Assembly: GCA_046563655.1 (NCBI GenBank)
Contig: CM102284.1
Span: forward strand, 1,674,001-1,738,000
Reading direction: 5' to 3'
From: Yuukianura sp. NJ FZ-2021
Taxonomy: Eukaryota
DNA length: 64,000 bases
Below are positions 1 through 12,457 of this stretch, piece by piece. The translations under genes and the position numbers were made by a program. Below the pieces are notes generated by a model. It searched no databases. It saw only the letters and a list, made by a program, of their open reading frames with translations, and was not told the DNA's origin. The stretch's first letter is position 1; every line of letters starts with the position of its first letter.

Positions 1-167
1 AATTCTAAATTCATTTCAATTCATACTTTTGGTACAATATCAGCATGAGTTCCGCGTAAGATTTAAACTCTGAATTTACAATTAAGTTCTACCCAAACCG
101 TACCATTTGCCTTCCGATGCATTACTTTGTAATTTCTTATTATTAAATACAAACCAATTTTGTAATA

Positions 168-412
168 GAAGCATCCGTTCAGACTATGTAAGGAACCAAC
201 AAATGGCGGACCTCCATTATGTGCAGGAAATACTTTTGTCCAACATGAAAATAGCTTCAAACGGATTTCAAAACATCTGTGATGCAATGATAAAATCCAG
301 AGTTCAACACAACAATTTAGTTCGAGAAGAGATTTTGGACAGCGCTAAGCTATTTCGAGAATTGGAAGAACTCAAAAATCTTATTCGCAAATCAAGTACT
401 GGTTCCCAGTAA
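168..412 (+). CDS. Possible terminal exon of an unknown small helical protein
   Basis: A GTAAG donor at ~56 and a TAG acceptor at ~166 precede an open, helical-looking frame (SIRSDYVRNQQMADLHYVQEILL...KSSTGSQ*). No family recognised. Confidence 0.3.
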
Positions 413-911
413 ATTTCACCTTAACTAACAAGATAATCGACTAAATTTACTCCAATGGTAACATAGACTCCAAACTGTAAAAATTTAGCTTAGAAACATT
501 CAGTAAAAATATTAAACGTAAAAAAACTTTTCCATTCATTTTTTGAATGAACCTTATGCGCTAGTCCGTAAATGTCAAATTCAAAAAAAAATTGTTTCAC
601 AGAACATTCACCTCGAGTCACACCTTTTTAAAGTTGTTCAATTTCTGTAACTTTATTCTGAAGTTTCACATGTTGAATTTAAACATCAATGTAAGTGCTA
701 ACATACATATTTAAATCATCTCATGTCATCTCGACCTGACATACCTCATGCAGCTAGTTCCTGTAATCGTTGTTGATTTAAGTAGATTATATTGAATCTT
801 CATTAAGCACAATGTTGCATTCAAACTGTCGGTTTGTTCTCACCCTGCCCAGCAACGTACCTTAAATTCATTTTTGTGTCTACTTTGACATGGTTAAAAG
901 CTTTGGTAGTT

Positions 912-1306
912 TTACAAAGCAATTAAAAGATCGATTATGGTAGAAACGACTATTTCTCCCCAAATAAATAAAATAAATTCCATGGATTCCGTGACACGTA
1001 ATGGCGTCATGGCTAGCCAAAACTTTTCTTCGTAGTTGGCCCTTTTTCGCGCTTGTCTTCTGGTAGCTCCAATGAATTCTTTTGACATTAGATGCTGATT
1101 GGTAGCGATGTGGAATATAATGTTAGTAGAAAGAATTGCTACAACATCAGCAACGCCAAGAGCAAATACAATCAGAAGTGGTATTGCAGCACTTCTAATC
1201 ATTACAAAAGTTAAGATAATAATAACAGCAGCTATGATGTTGGCAAACCAGATAGTAACTCCTAAACCGTAGGCTATATTGAATTCTTCGAGACTTTTGC
1301 ATTCCA
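912..1306 (-). pseudogene. C-terminal fragment of a gustatory-receptor-like 7TM chemoreceptor
   Basis: The frame extends upstream of the ORF call as LEEFNIAYGLGVTIWFANIIAAVIIILTFVMIRS...SKEFIGATRRQARK...KFWLAMTPLRV...STIIDLLIAL*. This TM-TM-basic loop-TM layout matches the C-terminus of the gene at 32658-33883. An in-frame TGA lies just upstream and no N-terminal half is visible. Confidence 0.5.
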
Positions 1307-1579
1307 GTCACAAAAAATACATTAATAAATTTGACGTAATTAAAACGTCGTGCAATGGGAATAGAAGGTTGATTAAAGCTTGCTAGAAGCAAAAAATCAA
1401 CTTCAAAGTTATAATTCAACTCGAAGTTAGGCGAAAGCTTCATAAAAAATTTCACTGTCTCAAATCATTTCAATGAAAGTAGGTAATAACTTTAGTACTA
1501 AAAACCAACCATTTTGAAAACAAAATTATGAGAAATGAAACTTTCTTTAATAAGCTGCCTTAAGAAAAAGTTGTTGCAT

Positions 1580-2202
1580 TTATTCATCTTCTTCGCTTTC
1601 AGTGGTTTCAAGTTCTTCAGAATCGGTTTCCGACATTGATGATTCCTCATAAGTTTCAGGGAATGGAGGTGAAGCGACTCCCGGGTTTACGCTTGAAATC
1701 AACGGTAATGATTGCGGTCTGAGCTGATTGGAGGGAAAGACGCCTGGAGTAGACAACCTTGGACCAAGATACTCTAAAACAAAATATCAAAAGAAAAAAT
1801 TAAAAATCAGTCCTATCAGTACGTTTTGTTAGTTGAGGGTCATGGCGAGGTTTTTTTTTACGCCTTTGAACAAATCTTGGAGACTGCATTCCTGGAGGCA
1901 TTGATGGCGGCATCATTCCTGGAGGTGGTGCTGGTGCTGGTGCTTGTAAGTAAGACCGCGGTGCAAAATGTCGTGCTCTCATTGCATATTCCGGTCTAAC
2001 TGCATATTCTGGTCTGAGGGACATTGACGGCATCCAATTCCCGAAACTGGATCCACGCAGCGGTGCATCAGCTCTTGTTGCCATTTGAGCTCCCGGGAAA
2101 CGCATTCCCCACGAGGAGCTCACAGTAGTTGGCCTTTGTCCATGTCCGGTACTTCGTGCCGGTGCCATGCCAAGGTTTTTGGAGCTTGTTAGGGTTCTAC
2201 AG
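1580..2202 (-). CDS. Pro/Met-rich low-complexity protein with acidic tail (last two exons; 5' end unresolved)
   Basis: Exon ~2202-1862 (RPEYAV-RPEYAM, PPPGMMPPSMPPGM) splices in phase 1 to exon ~1773-1580 (YLGPRLSTPGVFP...SETDSEELETTESEEDE*). Confidence 0.5.
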
Positions 2203-2822
2203 CTGAAATTCAAAAAAGAGCTAATTTGTAAACTGGAATTCAAAACAAAAAAGTAAAGACTTGATTTCAAAACACTCACAGCCAACAGAAAGGATATCAG
2301 CACGCCACAAAGTTAGGACCTTCAAAAGTAACTAAAACTAAAACAGAAAAATTGGATTCAAAAGCGTCGTAAAAGGTTTCTTTTCTCAAGGATATAAATT
2401 ACAGGCACTTTCAGAAGTGGAATGACAAAATCTAAAATTATCTGTTTTGCCCAGAAGGCAAAGGTTCCATTCCATTGTAGGTACAGTTAATTTTAGATTT
2501 CTGAAAAAAAAAACGGTTTCAAAAAAATGTTTTGAAAGATTAAGAAATAGGTGACTTTGAATTGAACTATTAATGATCAATAGAAGTAGATACTTTTTTA
2601 ATTCTAACAACTTAAATACAAAATTGCGAACTTAATTATAGCTTTGGCTTTGGCCCAAATTAGTTTTTAGAGCATTTGGTTATCAGAAGGTAGTTCAACT
2701 ACCGTAGTTGCAGTTACACTTGCAGAGTGTGCATAAAATAAGAAATCCAAAGATTTAAAGGCGTGGTTACAATGAGAATTGGCGGCATTTGCGGAATCAA
2801 TGTCCAGCATATCATTACTGGA

Positions 2823-3367
2823 TTACCCTTCATTAAGATTAGCATCACGTACTGTGTTGGAATGAACTGTGTCTTGAGAGACAGCACAAGCGTTAGCATT
2901 GGTTGCTTGATTTTCCTCCGGAGTAGATTTAGGACTAGAATATGACCGTACAAAATCAACTTTTGTTGGTGGAATGGTACTAAGCGGCGGAAATGGACCA
3001 GCAGTCATCATCGCTGCAGTTGGACCGGCATTTGTCGCGGGATGGACTGGATTGCTGGATATCCCGGGGTAGGCAACACGTTTGTTCAGTTTTGTTGGAA
3101 CTGACTTTGCAGTTTGGTTGACTTCGAGACTAAAGACTGGCGGATCATTCCATGCCCGATCGTGGTTTCCTTTGAAAAAACAAAAACACAAATCAATTAA
3201 ACACATTTGCTTGCATTGACTTTTAACTAACTAAGTTGACAGTTTCCAGTAAAGTGAATAGTACCTGCTCCAATACTTTGTGGTGGCAGAATTTGAGCCG
3301 AAGACGACATGTTGTTATTACTATTTCCAAGCTGCTGTTGCATAGATGGCATGCTGGCGGGGTCCAT
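2823..3367 (-). CDS. SRA1: Steroid receptor RNA activator 1 (SRA1/SRAP)-like protein, N-terminal part
   Basis: Exon 3367-3265 (MDPASMPS...IGA, donor CAG|GTACTA) joins exon 3169-2823 to give GNHDRAWNDPPVFS...LNKRVAYP. This matches the SRAP N-terminal signature GNxERGWNDPPxFS...LxKRVxxP and is followed by a Pro-rich linker. Confidence 0.75.
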
Positions 3368-4038
3368 GTTGATAAATTTAAAGTTCAGATCCAATCAAGT
3401 GTCCAGAAATTAGTTGATATTCCGATTCCGATTACCCGATTTCATCCGAACCTAACTAATGTATCACAATGGGTGTGACTGAATCACCGAGGAAATGAAC
3501 TAAAACAAAATTAATTGAAGCTATTGACTACGTTTCTCAATTGAAATGAATAACTGTTTCAGTTTAGTCGGTAATTCGTCCAGCCAAATATGTTTTCATG
3601 TGTGGAATTTCCTGTTGACTATAAAATCACCTGCTAAATTCTGCTTTGATATGGGAGAGAAACACGTCACGAAACTTTCCCTTAACGCCGTACGTCGGTT
3701 GAGTTAAGGCATAAGCGACTAATTGTGAGCTCACATGATAATCTACTTGGAAAAATCGTTAGTTAATTACTTTGCTAATTAACGTTTCAAAGATCTCAGC
3801 TCTCTTCTCTTTCAAATGCCACATTATTAAGTGTGTCCCTTTTATTTAATTGAAGTTATTCCTACGATCAGGCTAAAAACTAATATTAAGGAATGAGTTT
3901 AATGTTTGCAAATGTTTATGTGAGGTTAAGCAGCATTTAAAATATGTATTTTAGGGTAAATATAACAGGGTTTTATCAAAGATAAAAACTAAAATGTGTG
4001 TTAAGTTAAGTTTAAAACTAGGCTGCAGATTATAAAAG

Positions 4039-4502
4039 TTAATCCATCCGTGCTTCTGGTACGGTGATGGTGATAGGCGTTGCGATATTTGCAATACTGG
4101 AAGTCGTCGCCACATTGCTGGCATTTGTTGAGGTAGACGATACTTGTGAAGTCGTTCCAGCCGCGCCCTGCTCTTGCACGCTACCTAACGTGACGGCAAA
4201 AAAAAATGTAGCCTATTACTATTTGAGGTTATGCTATTATAACGTCATAAAAAATCATATTTCATGTCATCAAAAAGAATTCAAAAAACAAAAGAAAAAA
4301 GAAGGACTTCAAAAACATAAATTCTACTGCGCTCAAACTTTTTTTATGTATAAAACAAGTATTGGTTCATACTTCGACCTGCAGTTGCAGCGTTACTCTT
4401 ACGGCGAGCGACACTTTTCAACTTCAATTGATGCACAGGGGGCGGTGGTGGGGCTCCAGTGACGTACTTTCGAGAAGTTTGAGAAAAGAATGGAATTGCC
4501 AT
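4039..4502 (-). CDS. Small two-exon low-complexity protein (~90 aa)
   Basis: ATG at 4502 gives MAIPFFSQTSRKYVTGAPPPPPVHQLK...AATA; a phase-1 intron leads to GSVQEQGAAGTTSQVSSTSTNAS...PEARMD*. Splice sites are consistent, but no family is recognised. Confidence 0.45.
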
Positions 4503-5384
4503 TTTGAATTTCTAAGTCGGCCTTGAAATGTAAAAATTTCTTGCAATTTGATATCACGGCTTGTGCTCACGAAATTGTGTGTTTTCACTAGCGTACAAAC
4601 TTCAGAACAACGTGCTTGCATGTACTAAAAATGTTAATGAGGAATCACTATGGAATTATATCTTTCTTTTCCAGTATTATTTTTTAAACTTAGACTGAAT
4701 TTAAAATTGAAGAAACCAAAAGTTATTGACCTTACACTTTAAACAGTAAAGTTATGCCGCCAACCTAGTGAAATCGGAGACTTCTAGAATTGTATTAATA
4801 GAAAAGGAGGGTGTTAGGGTCAAGGGGCCTTTGGGTGACAATTGAAGTTACAACAAAGGAAAACAAATCGGAGCTTTTGAAAATAAGACTTATTTTTCAG
4901 AGTCCTTAAAGTTCCAAAGAAGATTTGGGACAAAAGAAGTTCACAAAAGAGGCAGACAGAAAGTTGGAACTTTTTTGAAATCGTGAGCTCAAAAAAAAAG
5001 AAATAATATTTCAATTCCAAATGGAATCTGAAAAAGGGTATTCGCTTTCAGGAACAAAATGCAGGCTGAGAAGTGTAAATGATGTGCCAACTGATCCAAT
5101 GTTGGAGTGACAACGCAGCAATTTGTCTAAAATCAAGGTTGCTACAGCGCCCATTTCATTACAAATGCGCTAACAGGTTAAGCCAACACTCCATTTTTTT
5201 TAAATCACTAAAAAACCTCTTTTGGACCACTCCTTTACCAATTTTGTTTTTTCACAACAATCTGTTGAAATCTTTTAATTTTCAAGTTTGAGTCATACTT
5301 TTGATTTCGGATTGCTAATGCAACGCAGCCGCGTCAAAGTGGAGTACACTTACAATGTTGAATTTTTAAAAATTTCAAATAATT

Positions 5385-6264
5385 TTAGAGATCCCTGTAC
5401 AAATTGGCGCTCATGGCGTATCGACGGTCATGTCCAGGAACTCCACGGTCGCGGAACACCAAATACGATACGGACTCTTCCCCGATGCTCCAGCGGATCG
5501 GGAAAACGATCCGACTAGTATGAATTTCCCCGCCTGTTCCAGCTTTGTACATATCCGAATGTCCACCAGCAGGAAATGCATATCGCTTATCTCCGCCAGA
5601 TTCATTGTCTCTAAACACAAGCGTTGAACCTTCGCTTCTTATAGTCCATCGACCAATTGTAAGCGAATCAGCGATCACACCCGAAACGGATTTTTTGGCG
5701 GCAACTTCAGTGTTTAATTTTGCAATTTGAGTTTCAAGTTCCGCAACCCTAGCGTTGAGTGCATCAATATTAAATATCTTCGTTTCCATTGCTATTATTT
5801 GGGCTTGAAGTTCTTCAAATTTTGAAAGCTTGGCTTCCAGTGCAGCCATTTTCGAATCGGTTGCATCGCATTTTGAACATTTTCTTTCGAGCTCTAGGAC
5901 TTTGAGTTTCTGTTCTTCAGAAAAAGTCGCCAATTTTGTTTCAATTGCAGCGTGCTTCAAATGCAGACTGTCAAGTTCATGGAACTTTGGAGTTGCGCAT
6001 GAGCTGATTTGTATTTCTGGCGAAGCAGGGATAATCTGCACAGTGAAGGTCGCCTGTTGTTGTGGCTTAACCTGAGTAGCATCTGTACAGAAAGTCAATA
6101 CTTAGTTTCTCAACAATGAAAAAAAATTATAAGAAGTTTTTGAACTTTACGAGCCTTTTTTTTAATTTTGAATTTCGGAAATTACCGTCGACTTCAGAAG
6201 TTGGACAACAACTGCAAAAGGCTAGCAGCGTCAATCCTAAAAAGAAACTCGAAGTTTTCCGCAT
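5385..6264 (-). CDS. Secreted coiled-coil protein with two C-terminal RW-x-I-x-x-E...LVFRD...D-x-RYA repeats
   Basis: Signal-peptide exon 6264-6186 (MRKTSSFFLGLTLLAFCSCC..., GTAAT donor) splices to exon 6082-5385. A heptad-rich segment precedes two ~45-aa repeats. A paralogue lies at 14633-15040. Confidence 0.8.
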
Positions 6265-6913
6265 TTTGTGTTAGTTTTATCTTAATACAAAAATTTAGAT
6301 TTTTTTTTCGTAAAACGAAGACTGCGAGCTGACTTGCGTCAAATGCATGCAAAACGGGAATAAAGTTCAACTGAATCTGAAGACAGGACCGGCAGTTTGA
6401 GCAATTAGGAAAGCAGTTTCACAATTTCGTTGTTCTGCAACTATTTAATGGCCTATTTATACAACTCGAATTAGCAAAGACAAGTTAGATCCGAGGTCAC
6501 AGGTTATACTGCACTGTGCGTCAAAGCTTCTTTCTCAGAAAACTTAAATTTAGTAATCATTTCCACTTAATCATCTGTCGGTTGCTGTGTGATTCAGTTT
6601 TTGTACAAACTCTTTGACCTGGAACAAAAAAAAAGTTTCTGCCACGAAAAAAATTCAAGCAAAAACTTTTTTTAGTCTGACGTTATAATCTAATCAAATG
6701 TTTCCAGTTTTTGTTTAATGCCATATTCTACAAATTCCGAACAAAATATTAGCATACAGTAACGCATTTGTGAATTATATTAACAAATGTTTCAGAAATT
6801 AAACTATTTGAAATGTCTGAATAACGTTGATTGTTAAGCTCGCTATAATGTTACTATCCCGGGGAAGAAATTTCTGGACGTAATTGTCGAAATCATTCGA
6901 GGACGAACTTTTT

Positions 6914-9900
6914 TCACGAAAATTGTCCAAAAGCAGAGTTGAATCGAAGGCCATGACTAAATTTTGGATGGCCTCTCTTATCATGTGAGTACGGAACAGG
7001 ACATACTCCTTCAAACTTAACTTTCAAATCTAAAAGTACAAGCAAAAAAACTATCAAAATCAAAATATGTTTAATCATATGCCGCAACTTAAAAAAACAA
7101 AATTTACCAGGATTTGTCATCTGCGCACACTGGAGATGACAAAGGTTATGGTATGTGGTGCCATCAGTACCGCAGAATGGCCGACGCTGTTTGTCACACG
7201 CACAGTTCACGCTATTACATTCTCCATTGTGCTTCAATTGAAGACCTAAAACCAAGGTCCGCAAACAAAAAAACATGATGTTTTTTCTACACCAGGTTGT
7301 CGAATAACTAGACGTATTTCGTTTTCTTAAAAAATTTGAGAAACTTTTTTCCTGTGGTAATTATTTTCTTGTAAAGCAATAGGAATTAGGGGAAAAAGTT
7401 ATTTAAAGCAAAATTTTTGCAAACCCCGAGTTATTAGACAACCTGTTGTAAGAAAAACAATTCCGTTGTCAATGAACCTTGCCTGAGACGTGTTTCAAAT
7501 TGTGTTGAAAGCAGTTTAAGAATTGTTTTTCTCTTTTTTTTTTTAATAATTTATGCAATTTAAAAACTGTTTTTTGAAAGAAATTTCGGTTACTTGGATT
7601 TTTCCTTTGTTCGCATTTGAGACCACACAGGTTTCCATATGTTTTACCATCAGTGCCACAGACAGGGTCATAGTTCAACGGGCAAATACAGTTACATTCA
7701 CCGTCGTGAGCTTTTTGCAAACCTGTAACGTAAAGGTTCCAATAAGTTTTAGGTGCTAATAAAAAATTTAGATTTTGTTTGATCTAAAAATTAGTAGAAA
7801 CTAAACGTACTCGGATTTTTCCTTTGAGCACATCTGAGTTCGCACTCGTTATCATACGTTGTCATATCCGTACCACAGACTGGGTTGTAGTTTGTTGTTC
7901 CCTTTGGACAAATGCAATTGTCACACTCTCCTTCGTACGCAAGGTGCAGATCTAACATTTGCAAAAATTTGAAACTTTAAAATTAAAATTAAAATATTTT
8001 AAAATTTTGCACATATGGAAGTTGTACAGGGTGTGTGAAGATTTAATGCAGCAACGCGGAGAGGTAATTTGAGATTTTTTGGGCGGGAAATCAAAATTTG
8101 AGCGGGTTTCGGCAACAACAACAATAGAGTTTGTTTACAACTGATCACGAAATCTTCTCCTGAGATTCAGCTCAGTTTTAGTTGGCAACCAGTTTCTAAG
8201 TTTTAATTGGTAACTTCTAATTTGTTAAAATCATCTTGGAGAGCCAGTCAACACACTACTTCATGCAGTAGGGTACTTTGTCTGTTGCTCATCAGCTGAA
8301 ATTGGCAAATCTAAAGGTGAGTGAAAAAAACGATTAACTTGATAACCAAAACCCATGAAAACCGGATAAAGTGTTGGTTCTTTAAGTGTGGCAGTAAATT
8401 CGCATGATATTTTTTTATATTTTAGGTTGAAAATGCCGAATAGGGTATTTTCATTGGCAGAACGTGTTTACGTTTAACAATGAAAACAACATAGGTTTAA
8501 AGTTTGTTCTATTTTTTTAAATTAAAGTGTAAAATTTTCCTAATAAAATTCTACGATGGTTCCGACAAGACCCCGAAGTGATCAATCGGATTTGGTGGTC
8601 AGACGAAGCCACATTCAATTTGGATTGAACCGTTAACCGGCACAACTGTGTCTACTACGGGAAGGAAAATCCAAACATTGAGGAATCTGTGAAAATGAAA
8701 TCGGTTGGACTGACAGTCTGGGCTGCGAATGAGGGAAATTCGTGTCCAAATTTGTGAAGTAGATTCGCTACAATGCTCTCTTTTTTGCCGACGTCAGCAC
8801 ACTCCTTTCACTCTCCCTTTTGCGCGGGGAAAGACCGCGGGCATTAAATCTTCACACACCCTGTACATTTAGAAATACGAGCATAGGTTTCATACACTGC
8901 TAATTTTGTACTGTAGTCTTAATTTTTCTTACTTGAATTTGTTTTCTGGGCGCATTCCAGCTCGCATTTGTTGTCATATGTCTTTCCATCTGTACCGCAA
9001 ACCGGGGCATAGATTAACGCGGCCTTTGGGCATGCGCAATTTGGGTCACATTCACCATTATAAGCAAGCTCCAATTCTATTAAGACATTCGCAAACTGAG
9101 TTTACACTAATGAAAATAATACATGTGACTTGCAATGTCATAGTCATAAGACCTACTTTTATCCATCCGTTGTGCACACTGTAGTTTACATTTGTTTGAG
9201 TAAGTTTTTCCATCGGTTCCGCAAACAGGTTGGTATTCCCCATTGCAAACACAATCACCACACCTTCCCTTGTAAGCTTCTTTAATTGCTACAAAGGAAA
9301 ATTTAAACTTCGTAGAATACCGAAGTACATGGTAAGAAAGTGAAGAATGAAATTTTACAATTAATTGTACACATATTTTGTATAAACTTACATGGATTTG
9401 TACGCTGTGTACATTCCAAGTCACATATATTTGGATACGTTTTTCCATCAGTTCCACATACTGGATCGTATACTGCTGGACAGAAACAGCCACATTCTCC
9501 CTTGTACTTTTCTCTAATTACTGAAATGCAAAAAATGTATGCAGTTTATCTACTTCAATTTGTCACAAACAGTTTGACCTTTGACCTTACATGGATTCCC
9601 AAGTTGGGCGCATCTCAAGTCACATTGATTGGAATAAGTGACATCGTCAGTTCCACATACTGGATCGAATATTGGTGGGCAGCCACAACCGCACTCCCCT
9701 TTGTGCAATTCCCTAATTGCTGAGAATTGTAAACAATTTTAAATAATAATGGAATACATGTGTATGTAAATAATTTGCATTTATATATAAATAATTCGTA
9801 AGTGTATATAAATAATTTTGCTTTTGGCCTAACATGGATTTTGTCGTTGTGCACATTTCAAAGTACAGAGATTTGGAAATGTCACTCCATTAGTTGCGCA

Positions 9901-11612
9901 TACCGGGTTCTTGTCGTGTGGACACTGGCAACATTCTCCGTCGCTCTGTTTCTTAAGTCCTGTGTGCAAAATTACAAATAAGTTCAGAAAATACAAGCAT
10001 TGGCAGCACAATGCTAAAAATTTTAAACAAAAATGTATAGTTGTTTTGAAGTTAAAAATTTCTGACCCGGAGTTTTCATTTGTTCGCATCTCAGTGCACA
10101 TGCGTTTCCATAACTTTTGTTGTCACTGCCACAGACTGGTTCGTAATTCAAAGGACAATTACAGTCACATTCACCAGCATGCAATTTGTGAAGGTCTAAA
10201 AAAATATAGGAGGAATCATAATACCAGTTTCGGAGTTCGGCTAATTTAGATATATTTAAGATTTGTACAAACTTGGATTTGATTTTTGTGCGCAATCCAG
10301 CAAACACTTATTTGCATATGTTTTTCTGTCGGATCCGCAAACGGGATTGTAGTTTGTTCTAGCACGCGGACATACACAATTGTCTCGACATTTGCCCTTG
10401 TACGCAAGCTTGAGTCCTGACATTGGACAAAGCAAAAGTTCAGATATAAAATTATCCCAAAAAAAAACGAAATCAAAATCTAAAATTTATCATTTTACCG
10501 GGATTTGAATTTTGGGCGCAGTTAAGGCGGCATAAATTTGAATATGTTGTACTGTCACTACCGCATACTGGATCGTACTCCTCTGAGCAAATGCAGTACA
10601 CTGAGCTGCTGTTAGGTCTACATTCGCCTACATATTGTACCTGTAGGGCTAAACAATTGGAAAGGCAAGGAAAATGTTATGTATAAAAGGTTTTCTAGAG
10701 CGTGATAAAATGATATTTTTTTAGACTGAAACAACTTTTGAACTTACAAGGGAACTTTTGTTTTTCACAGTTTAAGCCACATTCATTTGGATACGTTTTT
10801 CCATCCGTACCGCAAACGGGGTCATAAATATCAGCGCAGCTACAACCACATTCTCCATCATGTCTTTTCTTCAGCGCTTTAAATGATTCCAAGAATAAGT
10901 TGAAATGTATTTTAGTATCTTGAGGCGTAAAGGTCAGTACGCGATTTGAAAAAAAAAACGCGAGTTACAAACTAAATGGGAGCAAAATATGCTAGAATTC
11001 GTATTATGCTAAATATGCTATGAATATGAATATGCTAAAAGTGGTTTTAAGTCTACGTTTTAAGTTTGTAGTTAAGTTTAATAGAATATAATGTATAGTA
11101 TTACAGTAGTCGGTCTGTTGTGCACACTTCAAAAGACACTCGTTGTCATAAGTAATTCCATTAGTACCGCACACTGGTGCATAAATTTTGTACTTTTCAC
11201 ATGCACACTTCGAGCACACTCCGTAGTGGACCAGCTTCAACGCTGCAACATTAAACAGATTAAGGTTATATTTAACACATTAATAATTGTTTGATTTAAG
11301 AATTAATATAATAAAATAAAATATATTCATCACACGTAAGCGACAGCTATGGTTGATTTCCTATTTTGATTGCGTTTAGGTTATTTTTACCACACTACTG
11401 TTATGTATTACATATCATGTTAACGTGTCCTTACTTTTGTTGAAACGCTGAGCACATCCCAGGTCACATGTATGTGAGTACGTTTTACCATCGTTACCGC
11501 AAACCGGATCCGGAATTTGGTTGCAGTTGCAGGAATCTCTCCAGAAACTCCACTGCGCATGGCCAGTTCCAAGTAAAGTGACAAAAATTAAAATAACCTT
11601 AATAAATTCCAT
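6914..11612 (-). CDS. Multi-domain Kazal-type serine protease inhibitor (14 Kazal domains, 15 coding exons)
   Basis: Signal peptide [19 protein letters not shown], then 14 repeats of C-x-C-x(5-8)-P[VF]C[GA]xxxx[TS][YF]xxxCxLxC...GxC. Coding exons lie near 11612, 11242, 10877, 10648, 10416, 10195, 9959, 9719, 9520, 9288, 9076, 7951, 7722, 7245 and 7029. Confidence 0.95.
8027..8863. mobile_element. Tc1/mariner-type non-autonomous DNA transposon (MITE) in a Kazal intron
   Basis: Perfect 23-bp TIRs CAGGGTGTGTGAAGATTTAATGC (8027-8049) and GCATTAAATCTTCACACACCCTG (8841-8863), with TA on both flanks. Confidence 0.9.
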
Positions 11613-12457
11613 ACTAAACCAACCGCTTTTGAACAAGACAGCAACTGGTCGTTAAGCCTCGTTTACAATCGAGTAAATGCCAGTTTTGAATCCGTGTTTT
11701 ATGTCATAAAACAGCCTTGGTACAGGTCCATTACCCATCGCAACATCAAAACAACAGAGGCCAATGCTTGGGAACATTTAACCTGGAATAACCAGTTTTT
11801 AACAAAAGACACCAGTGAACGATAAAACTCCACCTTGTGTTTAAACAAAAGAGTTCAAAATACAAAAACACAATTACTGTACCAGACCTTTTTACAACTT
11901 TTCTCACGGGAAGTAATAAAAATTGTTTAAACTTTTTCGAAAAATTCCCGCGTTTAAAAACCTTAGCGTTCGGATTGGCGCATTTGCGTTTAAGAAATTC
12001 CAGTCAAGATTTTATGCCTTCCACGCGCCGGAGTTATAATTTTTCATAATTTTGATTTATTACTCTATTATGACTTAAAGTAGGTCAACTAATAAAACCA
12101 GAATTTATTATGCATAATAACTCCAATTATTCTAATTGAAAATTTTACATCCATGCGATTCTTGTGATAATCCAGAAAAATTTCACTGAGATTTTTTCCC
12201 TAGAAGCGTTATCTTGGAATCAAGGAATAAGTTTGGAATAAGTTTGAAAAACCAAGCGTTTGTGATCAACCGAAAACCAAAACAACCGAAATTGAAATTT
12301 TATTTACAAGAACCAAGTTATGATCGAATATGTGAAAAATTTGCTTAAACTTTCTAATAGAATTGAATACAAGGAGAAGAAAATGAAATGTATAGAATAA
12401 AATATAAACTTCTACTAACAGTTACTCATGCACACCGCGGGATCGTGGGTCCGTATA

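Noticed and set aside
4064-4462. 132-aa plus-strand ORF with hydrophobic N-terminus
   Set aside because: It starts at GTG and runs through A-rich intron-like sequence; the minus strand gives a cleaner spliced model.
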